From Candidatus Marinacidobacterales bacterium (GTDB lineage: Bacteria; Acidobacteriota; Vicinamibacteria; Marinacidobacterales; DATDRI01), in the NCBI GenBank assembly GCA_965226495.1, contig OZ245365.1, positions 192,001 to 256,000 on the forward strand: a stretch of DNA of 64,000 nucleotides, given 5' to 3'. A program made the position numbers and the translations under genes. The notes below the pieces were generated by a model that saw only the letters and a program-made list of their open reading frames with translations, had not been told where the DNA came from and made no database searches. Of the stretch, positions 1 to 9,795 are shown one piece after another. Numbering within the stretch: position 1 is the stretch's first letter; every line of letters starts with the position of its first letter.

Positions 1-236
1 AAGATCTGCGTTCCATCGGGGAGCGTGCCGCCGCCGTCGTCGGCGCTCTTGAAGCCGGTAACGGTGATGGTGGAGACCCCGTTCAAGGCCGGAATGGCGG
101 AGGGGTTGGCGGAGATCGAGAGCTCCGAGCCCGCGGTAGCGGTCAGGGGCACGCTGTCACAGCGAATCAGTGAAACCAATGCCACGACCATGGTAATGAG
201 AGAACCAGCGAAGAGAGTACGGCGGGTGTTTCTCAT
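1..236 (-). CDS. Probable lipoprotein with Ig-like (Big-1/invasin-type) domain, partial (runs off window start)
   Basis: Not in the ORF track. ATG at 236 overlaps the secretin stop (ATGA). Reads MRNTRRTLFAGSLITMVVALVSLIRCDSVPLTATAGSELSISANPSAIPALNGVSTITVTGFKSADDGGGTLPDGTQI: signal peptide, Cys, then Ig-like beta strands. Confidence 0.7.
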   Translation of the reverse strand, partial: MRNTRRTLFAGSLITMVVALVSLIRCDSVPLTATAGSELSISANPSAIPALNGVSTITVTGFKSADDGGGTLPDGTQI

Positions 237-2518
237 TGGACCTCGATACGCGCCGACGCAAAGCTCGCGGGGATGGCCCCGCCGTCCGGATCGCGGAAAC
301 TTCCCGCGGCACTCACGGTACGTGATCCGGGAGAGGTCGGCTCCAGAACCAGGCGCAGCACATGACCCGAGCCGCGCAGACCCACCGTGTCGCCCTTGCG
401 AGAGAATTCGACACGGATGCGGCCTTTGTCGACGAACGGTACGAATGAAACTTCTTTGCCATCGATGGAAAGAAAAGGGCCCGGTTGGACTTCGACGACG
501 TCGAACGCGCTGGCGTCGAACGTGATGTTGATTTCCCCCGAGGATAGGCGTTCGGCCCCGCCGGCGATCAAGGCCAGCTCCACCTTTTGCCCAGGAGATG
601 TTTGGGTTCGAGGCGGGGTGAAGACGACGGTAATCGGGCCTACGCGAGGCGAGGCCGCGCGTGGCCCCTCGTCGTCTGGAGGCGGCTGGACGTCTTCGCC
701 TAGAGGGCTAGCCGGGCTCGGCGAGGCCGGTGCCTCAGCCGGAGTCGCGCCCTGCGGTTCGCGGGGTGGTTCTTCCTGGGCCTCTGGCTCTCCGAAAGGC
801 GACGGCCTGGCTCCCGGTACGCGGATGGCTTGCTCGGTTCCAATGGGGAGCGAAAGCAGGTCCTCTACGGTCACGCGGGGTGCGCGGACGATTTGCGGGG
901 TCACGGAGAAAACGACATCTTGTTGAGACGACTCGTGCCGATTGCCTGCAAAGATCTTGTTCAAAATAGGCGTATCAACGACTCCAGGCAATCCTGCAAT
1001 CGTCCGACGATCCTCCTCGCTGATCAGTCCTCCGATCATGGTCGTCTCGCCGTCCCTCAAGCGGACGGTGTTATTCACCTGGCGTAGTCCAAAAACCGGC
1101 AGGTCGATGCCGGCGATGGTCCTGGTGTCTAGTTGCGCGCTGGTCTCTAGGGACAGCTGCAGCTCGATCTCACCGTTCACGAAAACCTTGGGTGTGATCT
1201 CGACGTTGATGCCTACGTTTCGGTACTGGAACGACGTTACCGGCGTGTTCGGCACGCCACCGGTTCCTATCTGGGACACGAAGGAGGTTACGGGCACCGG
1301 TACCTCCTGGCCTAGATTCAGTCGGGCTGGCTGGCCTTCCATCGCTCGGAGCTTGGGCGATGCCAGAATGCGCACCTCGCCGCTGGATTTGAATAGCCGA
1401 TACATGGCAGAGGACGGAAACGTGACCGTCCAATCGGATGAATCGAGGGAGGCGAGGCGGTTCAACCGAAACGTCGTTTTACCGTCTTGCAGTGTCGAGC
1501 CTCCCGGCGCCAGCGTCATCCCGATCTCGTACTCGGAAGCCCTAAGCCCGAACTCCAATAGCTTGTTCCGGTTGACCTCCAAAATCTCGATGTTGAGGAT
1601 GATCTCCGACTTGCTCTTGTCGTTGAGCTCCACGATCCGTTCCGCCACCGCCACTTGGTCCGGTGTGGCGCGCACGGTGATGGCTTTGAGCTCCGGGTTG
1701 GGCTGCACACGCTGGATGCCGGCGATGGTGCGCAGCATGTTGGCAATGGTATTGACTTCGGCGTTGGTGATGAAGAACGTGCGCAAGACGAGGTCGTCGT
1801 ACTGGCGATGTTTTTGTGCGTTGTCGGGGACGACGATGATCGTCGAGGGATCCACGACCTTGTAGAACAGGCGATAGATCAAGACGAGCTTGTCGAGCGC
1901 TTCGTGAAAGGAAACGTCCACCAAGTTGATGGTCACCCGTTTGTCCCGGAAGGCCTCGTCGAACAGGATGTTGATCCCGGAAAGAGTCGAGAGCACCTCG
2001 AAGATCTTCTGAAGACTCGTGTCCTGAGCGAATCGCAAATTGATGGGGGCGGAGGAGGATGGCTCCAGCACCGGCTGTGTGGCGCGGAGCTGCCGGGCTT
2101 GGGCGCGGCGTTGTTGGAAGCTGGACGCTTCGTCTCTTCTCGCCTCCCGCTCGGACAAGGCGCGGCGTGCCTCGGTGAGTTGATCCTGGGCGTACTTGTT
2201 GGAGGGATCCAGCTGGGCGGCGAGCATGAATTCCTCAATCGCCTTTTCCAGATCCTGGCTCGCAAGGTGCTTGCGCGCTTCCTTGACGTGGAAATTGGCG
2301 GACTCGATGAGCGACCGCTCGAGCGCCATGCGGTACTCGATGTTGTCCGGGTCCTCGCGAACCGCCCGGGTGTAGTGCACGACCGCGGCGTCCCAGTTGT
2401 CTTGCTGGGCTTGCTGGTTGCCGCTCTTGAAGGCGCTCTTGGACGCGCTACAGCCAGCGAGCCAAACCAGAATGCCTGCCACCAGGAGCAGCCTGGATGG
2501 TCTGGACCTGCTCTTCAT
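233..2518 (-). CDS. gspD: Secretin (GspD/PilQ family) with lipoprotein signal, N-terminal TPRs and C-terminal cohesin-like domain
   Basis: LAGC lipobox; TPR-like helices; secretin motifs ILASPKLRAMEGQPARLNLGQEVPV, FQYRNVGINVEITP, VRLRDGETTMIGGLI, GLPGVVDTPILNKIF; Pro-rich linker then cohesin-like beta domain. Confidence 0.92.
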   Translation of the reverse strand: MKSRSRPSRLLLVAGILVWLAGCSASKSAFKSGNQQAQQDNWDAAVVHYTRAVREDPDNIEYRMALERSLIESANFHVKEARKHLASQDLEKAIEEFMLAAQLDPSNKYAQDQLTEARRALSEREARRDEASSFQQRRAQARQLRATQPVLEPSSSAPINLRFAQDTSLQKIFEVLSTLSGINILFDEAFRDKRVTINLVDVSFHEALDKLVLIYRLFYKVVDPSTIIVVPDNAQKHRQYDDLVLRTFFITNAEVNTIANMLRTIAGIQRVQPNPELKAITVRATPDQVAVAERIVELNDKSKSEIILNIEILEVNRNKLLEFGLRASEYEIGMTLAPGGSTLQDGKTTFRLNRLASLDSSDWTVTFPSSAMYRLFKSSGEVRILASPKLRAMEGQPARLNLGQEVPVPVTSFVSQIGTGGVPNTPVTSFQYRNVGINVEITPKVFVNGEIELQLSLETSAQLDTRTIAGIDLPVFGLRQVNNTVRLRDGETTMIGGLISEEDRRTIAGLPGVVDTPILNKIFAGNRHESSQQDVVFSVTPQIVRAPRVTVEDLLSLPIGTEQAIRVPGARPSPFGEPEAQEEPPREPQGATPAEAPASPSPASPLGEDVQPPPDDEGPRAASPRVGPITVVFTPPRTQTSPGQKVELALIAGGAERLSSGEINITFDASAFDVVEVQPGPFLSIDGKEVSFVPFVDKGRIRVEFSRKGDTVGLRGSGHVLRLVLEPTSPGSRTVSAAGSFRDPDGGAIPASFASARIEVQ

Positions 2519-2532
2519 TTAATAAGAGCCTC

Positions 2533-3096
2533 TCAATTGGATCGAAGGGGGATGCGCTGCGTTTGATCGGAGCCCGGCACCCCCAGCGTCACCGACTCGA
2601 GACCGATTTGGACAATTTTGTAGCGATTGGCCACTAGATCTCCCTCGGCTCCAGTTAGTATCTCCTGCCCATCGAGAAAAACAGCATATTTCTTTTTTTC
2701 TCCCGCCTTCGTTCTCGTTTCCACAAAGCCCGCGAACTTGAGGTCGATGCGCGCCGGTGCGGTGGTCCGAGGGGGAGCGGGTTGCGTCGTGCGCGTCGGC
2801 GTCGTGCGCGTCGGCCTCGGGGTCGGTCGGGGAGGAGTGTCGCTCACCGGCGGTGGCCCATAGTCGAAGAGGTTTCGACCTCTCCCGGCATACTCCGGGA
2901 TTTCGGTCAAGAGTCCGGCGAGATCCACCGATTCCTTGACGTCTCCCACCTTACCCTTTCGTGATCGGCGCGAGTTGTTGCGGGAGGCAGGCGAGCCCGA
3001 CTGCCCCGTGTCCGGAGCCTCGCCGCATCCTGCGAGAGCGCCAAGCAAGACGACGGAGAGGACGATGCCAGGCCTTTTCATGTTCTTCGCTGTCAT
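2533..3096 (-). CDS. Lipoprotein, PilP/GspC-like accessory component
   Basis: LAGC lipobox, GRNLFDY motif, Pro/Thr-rich linker, C-terminal LKFAGFV...EGDLVANRYKIVQIGLESV; directly upstream of the secretin. Confidence 0.6.
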   Translation of the reverse strand: MTAKNMKRPGIVLSVVLLGALAGCGEAPDTGQSGSPASRNNSRRSRKGKVGDVKESVDLAGLLTEIPEYAGRGRNLFDYGPPPVSDTPPRPTPRPTRTTPTRTTQPAPPRTTAPARIDLKFAGFVETRTKAGEKKKYAVFLDGQEILTGAEGDLVANRYKIVQIGLESVTLGVPGSDQTQRIPLRSN

Positions 3097-3486
3097 CTAC
3101 CACTCGTTGTATGGAAGGCCGTGCGAGCCGATGCGGTTCGAAAAACTCCGCACGTCATAGACACCGGGCTCTTGGTCCGGTTGTTCCGAATCGTACTCCG
3201 CGAAGATCTCCTCCCACTGGTTGCTCTCGGTCATTGGATCGCGCGGAAGCTCCTTTAAATACTTGGCATCGACCAACGCTTCGAGGGAGGCCGGATATTC
3301 ATCCCGGTCCGCTCTGTACTGGTCGATTCGGTCACGGAGGGTGGCCAGATTGTGCTCCAACACCGACTCTTTGGTAGCAAGGACCTGGGCCCGGTAAACC
3401 GGTATCGCGATCGATATCAGGATGCCCAAGAGCGTAATGACCATCACCAGCTCGACGAACGTAAAGCCACGGTTCTTACCAGTCAC
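3097..3486 (-). CDS. Type II secretion pseudopilin (GspG-like)
   Basis: Prepilin site RG|FTFVELVMVITLL; LRDRIDQYRADRDEYPASLEALV...LPRDPMT. Likely GTG start at 3486 overlapping the upstream gene end. Confidence 0.88.
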   Translation of the reverse strand: MTGKNRGFTFVELVMVITLLGILISIAIPVYRAQVLATKESVLEHNLATLRDRIDQYRADRDEYPASLEALVDAKYLKELPRDPMTESNQWEEIFAEYDSEQPDQEPGVYDVRSFSNRIGSHGLPYNEW

Positions 3487-3940
3487 TGTATTTCGTCCCG
3501 TCGAGCGCCGTTCCTGCGCTGGCCGTGTACACATCGTAGATGTTTTGCCCACCCCAGATCGTGGAGTCGGGCTCGTCCTGATACGAGCGGAGTCCCCATT
3601 CCGTAGAGTGCGTCATGGGATCGATGGGAATACGCCTAAGGAACTTCAGCTTTTTGTCGATCGCTCCAACTTGAGACACCCCGTCGACCAAGATCTCCAA
3701 TTCCTTGGGATAACCCTCGCTTCCTAACTGGACGTCGTTTCCGCCGATGAGACCGAGGTCGACCGCTTGTTTGAAATTGTCGATGGCGTCCCGCATGATG
3801 CGCAGGTCGCGTCTCAGCTCGACCTCTTTGGCCCGCTTGGCGGTGACCTCGGCGACCGGTATTATCGCCGCCGCCAGTATCGCCAAGATGAAAGTGGCGA
3901 TCACCAACTCCAAGTACGTAAAGCCTCGTTCTCGCCTCAT
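3476..3940 (-). CDS. Type II secretion pseudopilin (GspG-like)
   Basis: MRRERG|FTYLELVIA prepilin motif; FLRRIPIDPMT...EWGLRSYQD...DGTKYSDW. ATG at 3940 overlaps the upstream stop (ATGA). Confidence 0.88.
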   Translation of the reverse strand: MRRERGFTYLELVIATFILAILAAAIIPVAEVTAKRAKEVELRRDLRIMRDAIDNFKQAVDLGLIGGNDVQLGSEGYPKELEILVDGVSQVGAIDKKLKFLRRIPIDPMTHSTEWGLRSYQDEPDSTIWGGQNIYDVYTASAGTALDGTKYSDW

Positions 3941-4527
3941 CGTCCAGTAGACGCCGGCCCCTCGCTCGGCTTCAGAAAAAAGGCCACGTCGCATCTCAAT
4001 GCCAGTTGTCCCTCGTTGGCGTCCCGGAGCGCGATCTCACGCACTAGGAAGAACCGTTCCGACCGTTCCATGAGATTGACGAAACGCAATAGATTGAAGT
4101 AAGACCCCTCGAGCGGCATCCTGACTTTCATTTCGCTCAGTCCAACCGGGAGCACATCCTCGGAGTAGGAGGTTCGACCGCGCGCCACGCCGGTCTGCTT
4201 TGCCAGACGATCGAGCTCGGCCACCGCGTCGGTCAAGCCGGGAGTACGCGGTTGGACGACTTCGGACCAAAATTCTTCCGCGACGGCATCGTTTCTCGCA
4301 ATGCGCTCCTGCTCGGTTCGAAGGTCGTCGAGTGCGGTCTGGCGAGACACTAACTCCCCGGTAAGCGATGTTTCCTCTTTGGCCAGACGCTCCTGCTTAG
4401 TCGCCAACCGGTAGGTCACCACCCCGTAGACCACTAGGTTGGCGAGAGCCAGGCTTACGAGCGACAGATAGAATCGTCGTTTCTGCCAGAACGGGCGGAG
4501 ATCCAATCCGGCGGTCGTCTCCGTCAC
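3937..4527 (-). CDS. PilO/GspM-like inner-membrane assembly protein
   Basis: N-terminal TM helix, coiled coil, then LEGSYFNLLRFVNLMERSERFFLV (PilO-type); position in the operon. Confidence 0.72.
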   Translation of the reverse strand: MTETTAGLDLRPFWQKRRFYLSLVSLALANLVVYGVVTYRLATKQERLAKEETSLTGELVSRQTALDDLRTEQERIARNDAVAEEFWSEVVQPRTPGLTDAVAELDRLAKQTGVARGRTSYSEDVLPVGLSEMKVRMPLEGSYFNLLRFVNLMERSERFFLVREIALRDANEGQLALRCDVAFFLKPSEGPASTGR

Positions 4528-5249
4528 CGTTCCTCCAGCGCTTCGCTCGCAGAGCCCGTCGGGGCATCTTCTTCGATGGCGTCATCGTCAGTTTCTTCGG
4601 CTTCCGCCGGGTCAGGCTCTTCGGCTTCCGCCGGCTCGGCATTTTCTACAGGCTCTTCAGTTTTACTCGGGGGCGCGTCTTCTTCAGCAAGATAGCGCAG
4701 TGTGACGGTCGCCGCCACCTCGCCGCCTTCTTTCTGCAGCGCTTCGCTGACCGGCATGACCGTACCGAAGTAGCGGTTTTCCTCGAGACTTTGGACGAGC
4801 TCCAAGAGGTCTGCCAGGGAGCGGCCGATCGTCATCAGCTTCACCTCGATCACTCCTCTTGCCGCACTCGGGGAGATGGAAGTGATGCGGACGTTTCGGG
4901 GAACCACTTCCTCCAACTGGTTGAACAGCTCGGTCCAAGAAAAGCCTTTTTGGCGGTAGACGTCCGCGAGAAACTCGATGCGTTGGGTCATCAACTCGTT
5001 TCGTTGCGCCCGAAGCTCTGACCTGGTGCCAGAAATGTCGGTGTCCAAGCTGGTGAGCTGCTCCCCCATGGATTGGACCTTGAGATCGAGGTCTTCCGCT
5101 TCCCGCAGTAGGTAGCGAGTGAGGACCACGCCGTGCCATAAGGTGGCCGCCACGAGGCTCACCGCCGCGATCCCGAAAAGGAGCTGGGGGAGACGCTCGT
5201 TACGAAATCCGACCTTTGCGAAGTTGAGGGGCGAGTCCGTCGTCTTCAT
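4524..5249 (-). CDS. PilN-like assembly protein
   Basis: TM helix, coiled coil, WTELFNQLEEVVPRNVRITSI PilN motif, acidic tail. Confidence 0.75.
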   Translation of the reverse strand: MKTTDSPLNFAKVGFRNERLPQLLFGIAAVSLVAATLWHGVVLTRYLLREAEDLDLKVQSMGEQLTSLDTDISGTRSELRAQRNELMTQRIEFLADVYRQKGFSWTELFNQLEEVVPRNVRITSISPSAARGVIEVKLMTIGRSLADLLELVQSLEENRYFGTVMPVSEALQKEGGEVAATVTLRYLAEEDAPPSKTEEPVENAEPAEAEEPDPAEAEETDDDAIEEDAPTGSASEALEER

Positions 5250-5254
5250 CAGGG

Positions 5255-6265
5255 TCAGGCCGCCTTTCCCCGCGCGACGCCGGATGCGGCACCGGCCGCC
5301 GTGGCCAGCGGCTCGGCCACCGTCAGGTGGCTGCCGACCGTCACCGCTCGATGGAGATCGAACGGCTCGGCGGGCACCTCGAACTGATCCTCGAGCAATT
5401 CGGCCAGGTCTCCGAGGTCGAGACGCAGGGAGCGGTAATAGATTCTGGCTAGAGAGTCGCCCCCCAGCTTTTCCTTGTAATAAATGAGAGTGGAAAGAAG
5501 CTCTCTGAGGATTCCTTCAATCTGGTAGCTCGGTGCTTTTGGAGACACCAAGCCCTCGGCATCGAGCAGGGGGGAGCGGTGTCCCACGGTGCGCATGAGA
5601 ACCGGCTGGTTACGGTTCCGGACGAGGGTCAATGTGAAATAGGTCTCTTCGAGGTTGAGAAAGAGATAGTCTTGCTCCGGCGTCAAACTCTCAGCGACCA
5701 CACCCTCCCAGAGCTTGAGCAGGCTGAGTGATGAGGTCTCGATGACCCCCAGGTGGAATCCGAGCCCATCGAACAGTGTCTCGTATTGGCTGACGACCTC
5801 CTCGTGCAAGACGCCGGTGAGGAAGCTGGGGTTGGTGCCGGGAACAGGTTGGAAGGCCAGCCTGGCTTCACTCACCTCGAAGGGGAGCGCCTTCTTCATC
5901 CGGAAACGGAGTAGCTCTTCGGCTTCGGCCCGGGAACGAGGATTCTCGGGCAGCTCCTGTACCGAGATGCGGGCCAGAATGTCGGGCAGCGTAAGGCCCA
6001 GGCGGTTGCCCTGGATGCCGGCCTCTTCGAAGAGATTTCCGAGGAAATTGCCGAGCGCCTCGGTTTCGCTAAGGTTTGGGCTGAGCATCGAGAAGTCGAC
6101 GACTCCTGACGGGAGAGGGGCCCGCAGGCAAAGGTTCATCTCGCCGCTTCCGTTGTCACCGAAACGGGCGACGATAATTTCGCCGGGGCGAAACTCTACT
6201 CCCACTCCGGGTGGCTCCGGCTCCAGGAGCCATCGCTTTAGCTGACTAAGTCGGTGTTTAGACAA
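5255..6265 (-). CDS. PilM-like actin-fold assembly protein
   Basis: LGLTLPD..ARISV, ELLRFRMKKALPF, VSQYETLF..LGFH; lies between the ATPase and pilN. Confidence 0.75.
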   Translation of the reverse strand: MSKHRLSQLKRWLLEPEPPGVGVEFRPGEIIVARFGDNGSGEMNLCLRAPLPSGVVDFSMLSPNLSETEALGNFLGNLFEEAGIQGNRLGLTLPDILARISVQELPENPRSRAEAEELLRFRMKKALPFEVSEARLAFQPVPGTNPSFLTGVLHEEVVSQYETLFDGLGFHLGVIETSSLSLLKLWEGVVAESLTPEQDYLFLNLEETYFTLTLVRNRNQPVLMRTVGHRSPLLDAEGLVSPKAPSYQIEGILRELLSTLIYYKEKLGGDSLARIYYRSLRLDLGDLAELLEDQFEVPAEPFDLHRAVTVGSHLTVAEPLATAAGAASGVARGKAA

Positions 6266-7910
6266 ATGTAACCTTGTTGATCTCTTCCAGCGTGGTCAGT
6301 CCATCGAAGGCCTTGGCCAAAGCCGATTCACGCAAGAAGATCATGCCCTCCTCCTTGGCGGCCCGCTTGATATCGGTGCTCGGCCTTCGGTCGATGAGCA
6401 TCTCCCTGATGTTGTCAGAGAGATCTAGCAACTCACAGATCGCCTGGCGTCCCTTGTACCCGGTACCGTTACATTGCAGGCAGCCCTCGCCCCGAAAGAA
6501 CTCGTGGTCCCGGTAGCGCTCCGGATCCAAACCCGATTCCTCGAGTAGCTCGCGGGGAGCCTGAACCCCGGTTCGGCACGCGGGGCAGATGGTGCGGCAC
6601 AACCGTTGTGCGAGGATGCAGTTCAGGGCGGAGACGAAGTTGTACGCTTCCACGCCCATGTTCAAGAAACGTCCAACCACGTCGAGGACGTTATTAGCGT
6701 GAACGGTGGTGAAGACCAGGTGTCCGGTAAGGGCCGATTGGATGGCGACCTGCGCCGTGTCCGAATCGCGGATCTCTCCGACCATGATCTTGTCCGGGTC
6801 GTGGCGGAGAATGGAGCGGAGGCCGCGCGCGAAGGTGAGGCCCTTCTTCTCGTTGACCGGGATCTGCGTGATACCCTTGAGCTGGTACTCCACGGGATCT
6901 TCGATGGTGACGATCTTGTCCTCCTCGTTGTAGATCTCGGAAAGCGCCGCATAGAGAGTGGTGGTCTTGCCGCTCCCGGTGGGTCCCGTCACCAGCACCA
7001 TTCCATAGGGCTCGCGGATGAAATGGCGAATGCGTTTGACCTCACTTTCCGAGAAGCCCAAGATGTCCAGCCGCAGCTCCGCGAACTGCTCGTTGATGGA
7101 CTCCTTGTCCAAGATTCGGATCACCGCGTCTTCCCCATGGATGCTGGGCATGATGGAAACGCGGAAGTCGATGCTGCGACCCTTCACCTTCAAGCGGAAT
7201 CGGCCGTCCTGCGGCACGCGTTTCTCTGCCACGTCGAGCTCGGCCATGACCTTGATGCGGCTGGTGATCTCCGAGTGTTGTGCCTTGGTGAGTGGTTTCA
7301 TGGCCCGCTGTAGAACGCCATCGATACGGTACTTGATGACGACCTCTTCGTCTCGGGTCTCGATGTGGATGTCGGAGGCGCGCTTGGTCAGCGCGTTGTA
7401 GATCGTGGAATCCACGAGTCGGATGATAGGGCTCGAGGTGTCGGTCAGCCGGTCGATGGATAGGGTTTCCTCGCTATCCTCGTCATCCCGGACGATTTGC
7501 ATGGTGAAGCTTTCCGAGGCCTCTTCCAAGACGCGTTGAGCGCTTTGGCTCCTCTTGAGGAGCTCCTGGATAGCGGACTCGGTGCCCACTGAGGCGCGGA
7601 TGGGTGTCTTCAAGAGCAAAGAAATTTCGTCCAACACCGGTACGTTCGTGGGATCGGACGTGACGACGACCAGGTTGTCGTTCTCCTTCCGGTAGGGCAG
7701 GAAGTTGTAGCGAAACATCAGCTCTACCGGAACACTCCGAAAAAGATCGTGATCGGGCTGAAAGTGCTCGAGATCGACGTACTGCAACCGGCATCGGGCA
7801 GCGAGATCCTTGGCCTGCTGAATCTCTGCCGCCTTTGCTTCCTCCGGCGTTTGGTTGGGATCCACCTCGAGCTGCGTGGAAGGCTTCTCCGCGTTGGGCT
7901 CTCTCACCAT
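6258..7910 (-). CDS. gspE: GspE/PilB secretion ATPase
   Basis: ASDIHIE, EKRVPQDGR, Walker A GPTGSGKTT, TIEDPVEY, LRHDPDKIMVGEIRD, TGHLVFTTVH, tetracysteine motif. Confidence 0.96.
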   Translation of the reverse strand: MVREPNAEKPSTQLEVDPNQTPEEAKAAEIQQAKDLAARCRLQYVDLEHFQPDHDLFRSVPVELMFRYNFLPYRKENDNLVVVTSDPTNVPVLDEISLLLKTPIRASVGTESAIQELLKRSQSAQRVLEEASESFTMQIVRDDEDSEETLSIDRLTDTSSPIIRLVDSTIYNALTKRASDIHIETRDEEVVIKYRIDGVLQRAMKPLTKAQHSEITSRIKVMAELDVAEKRVPQDGRFRLKVKGRSIDFRVSIMPSIHGEDAVIRILDKESINEQFAELRLDILGFSESEVKRIRHFIREPYGMVLVTGPTGSGKTTTLYAALSEIYNEEDKIVTIEDPVEYQLKGITQIPVNEKKGLTFARGLRSILRHDPDKIMVGEIRDSDTAQVAIQSALTGHLVFTTVHANNVLDVVGRFLNMGVEAYNFVSALNCILAQRLCRTICPACRTGVQAPRELLEESGLDPERYRDHEFFRGEGCLQCNGTGYKGRQAICELLDLSDNIREMLIDRRPSTDIKRAAKEEGMIFLRESALAKAFDGLTTLEEINKVTFV

Positions 7911-7920
7911 TTGCTGGACC

Positions 7921-9135
7921 TCAGTGCATGACGCCGGCTAGACCGAAAAGGGGCAGGTAAAGGGCCAATAGGATCAAGGCCACGAACCCTCCCATCACGA
8001 CGAGCATTACCGGTGTCAGCATGGCCATCATGATATTCAGTCGATGGTCGATCTCCTCGTCGCTGAAGTCGGCGACCGAACCCATCATGTCCGCCAGGCT
8101 CCCGGTGCTCTCCCCGACTTTGGCCATTTCGACGACCATGTTGGAAAATTGACCGGTCCCCTCGAGACTCGCGGCAAAAGACTTGCCTTCCCGGACCCGA
8201 TCCGAGACCGGCTTCACCGCCTGCCCGAGGAAGCGGTTGGCGATCGATCCGGCCGAAATCTCGATCGACTGTACGAGCGGGATGCCGCCGGCGAGTAGGG
8301 TCGAGATCGAACGCGTCAGTTGGGACGTTGCGAAGAGGCGGAGGAGCTGGCCGAAATAGGGAAGTTTCAGCTTCGTGTGATCGATCTTCGCTTTTGCGCT
8401 TTCTTGACGAGACCAGACGTAGAAAGCAGTGCCACCAACCACGAGAGCGAGCACGATGAACCCAATATTCGCGCGCACGAAGTTTGCGAACCAAAGCAGG
8501 CCGAGCGTGAGGGGGGGTAGGTCGGCACCGAAATTTTCGAAGAACCCGCCGAACGTAGGTACGACGTGGAAGAGGAGCACCGACGCCGCCAACACGAGGA
8601 CCGTGGAGAGGAAGGCCGGATAGATGAGTGCCCCGGCCACTTTTTTTCTGGTACCTTCGGTGAGCTTCATGTATTGGACGTAGCGGCGAATAACCCCTTC
8701 CAGGCTACCGCTTTTTTCTCCCGCCAAGAGGGAAGCCGAGTAGATGCGCGGGAACATATCGCCGTGGGAGGCGAAGGCCTCGGACAAAGAGATCCCGCCT
8801 TTGACTTTATCGCGAACGTCGGTGAGCACTCCGCGCAGCTGGGGGTTCTTCATCCTCTCGAGCATGATGTTCAGCGACTGGAGCAAGGGCAGGCCCGCCT
8901 TCAATAGCGCCGCGAGCTCCTGGTTGAAAATGATGAACTCGGTGGACTTGATCCGCCCGGGGCCGCGCCGGAACGCGGACAAGAGCGGGCCCAAGCCGAA
9001 GGAACGGCGTACCGAGAAAATATGGTATCCGCTCTCCGCCAGCTCGCGTCTGACCGAACCTTCATCGTCGGCACGGAGCGCGATTTCTCTAATGTCGCCG
9101 CTGCTCGTACCGACTTTGCAAGTGAATTGGCTCAT
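7921..9135 (-). CDS. gspF: GspF/PilC platform protein
   Basis: FNQELAALLKAGLPL, AGEKSGSL, ALIYP, VGESTGSL, LYLPLF; three TM segments. Confidence 0.95.
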   Translation of the reverse strand: MSQFTCKVGTSSGDIREIALRADDEGSVRRELAESGYHIFSVRRSFGLGPLLSAFRRGPGRIKSTEFIIFNQELAALLKAGLPLLQSLNIMLERMKNPQLRGVLTDVRDKVKGGISLSEAFASHGDMFPRIYSASLLAGEKSGSLEGVIRRYVQYMKLTEGTRKKVAGALIYPAFLSTVLVLAASVLLFHVVPTFGGFFENFGADLPPLTLGLLWFANFVRANIGFIVLALVVGGTAFYVWSRQESAKAKIDHTKLKLPYFGQLLRLFATSQLTRSISTLLAGGIPLVQSIEISAGSIANRFLGQAVKPVSDRVREGKSFAASLEGTGQFSNMVVEMAKVGESTGSLADMMGSVADFSDEEIDHRLNIMMAMLTPVMLVVMGGFVALILLALYLPLFGLAGVMH

Positions 9136-9187
9136 CGGGACGTGCGTGGCGGTCGACTAGCGACCATTACTCCTGTTCCTTCCGAAG

Positions 9188-9220
9188 TTTACGAGGATGC
9201 ACTCGCGGTTTATTATAGCA
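9188..9220. promoter_or_regulatory. Overlapping divergent sigma70-type promoters for smpB (+) and the gspF operon (-)
   Basis: Plus strand TTTACG-N17-TATTAT (9188-9216); minus strand extended -10 TGCTATAAT (9220-9212). Confidence 0.55.
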
Positions 9221-9311
9221 CAGACCACTCGGTGGCACCGGGAGCGCCCCTTTGCGGTTGGAGCGATAAGTCATCACAATGGAATCCTTTACAGTCAGGA
9301 GCACCCTTCGG

Positions 9312-9788
9312 ATGGCAGATAAATCGAGCGACCAGGCCGTTAAAATCGTAGCCGTGAACCGCAAGGCCGGTCACGACTACCATTTGACGGACCGTTTCGA
9401 GGCTGGCTTGGTGCTTCAAGGTACCGAGGTCAAGGCCGCCCGCGAAGGGAGAGTGAACTTGAAAGATAGCTACGCGGCGGAGAAAAACGGAGAGCTTTAT
9501 CTAATGCAGTGTCATATCAGTCCTTATTCCCACGCATTCTACGAGAACCACGATGCGCTGCGGCCTCGAAAACTGCTGCTCCATCGTAGGGAGATCCGCC
9601 AGCTCATGGGCAAGATCTCACAGCGGGGGCTCACGCTTATACCCACCCGCATGTACTTTCTCAGGGGGCGATTGAAAGTGGAGCTGGCGCTCGCCAAAGG
9701 CAAGAAGCATTACGATCAGCGTGCCGCGTTACGGGAGAGGGAATCGAAGCGGGAAGTGCAGGCGGCGCTGAAGGAGCGAAACCGCTAG
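9312..9788 (+). CDS. smpB: SsrA-binding protein SmpB
   Basis: NRKAGHDYH...FEAGLVLQGTEVK, RKLLLHRREI, LAKGKKHYDQR. ATG 9312 preferred over 9279. Confidence 0.97.
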   Translation: MADKSSDQAVKIVAVNRKAGHDYHLTDRFEAGLVLQGTEVKAAREGRVNLKDSYAAEKNGELYLMQCHISPYSHAFYENHDALRPRKLLLHRREIRQLMGKISQRGLTLIPTRMYFLRGRLKVELALAKGKKHYDQRAALRERESKREVQAALKERNR

Positions 9789-9795
9789 GACTGCC

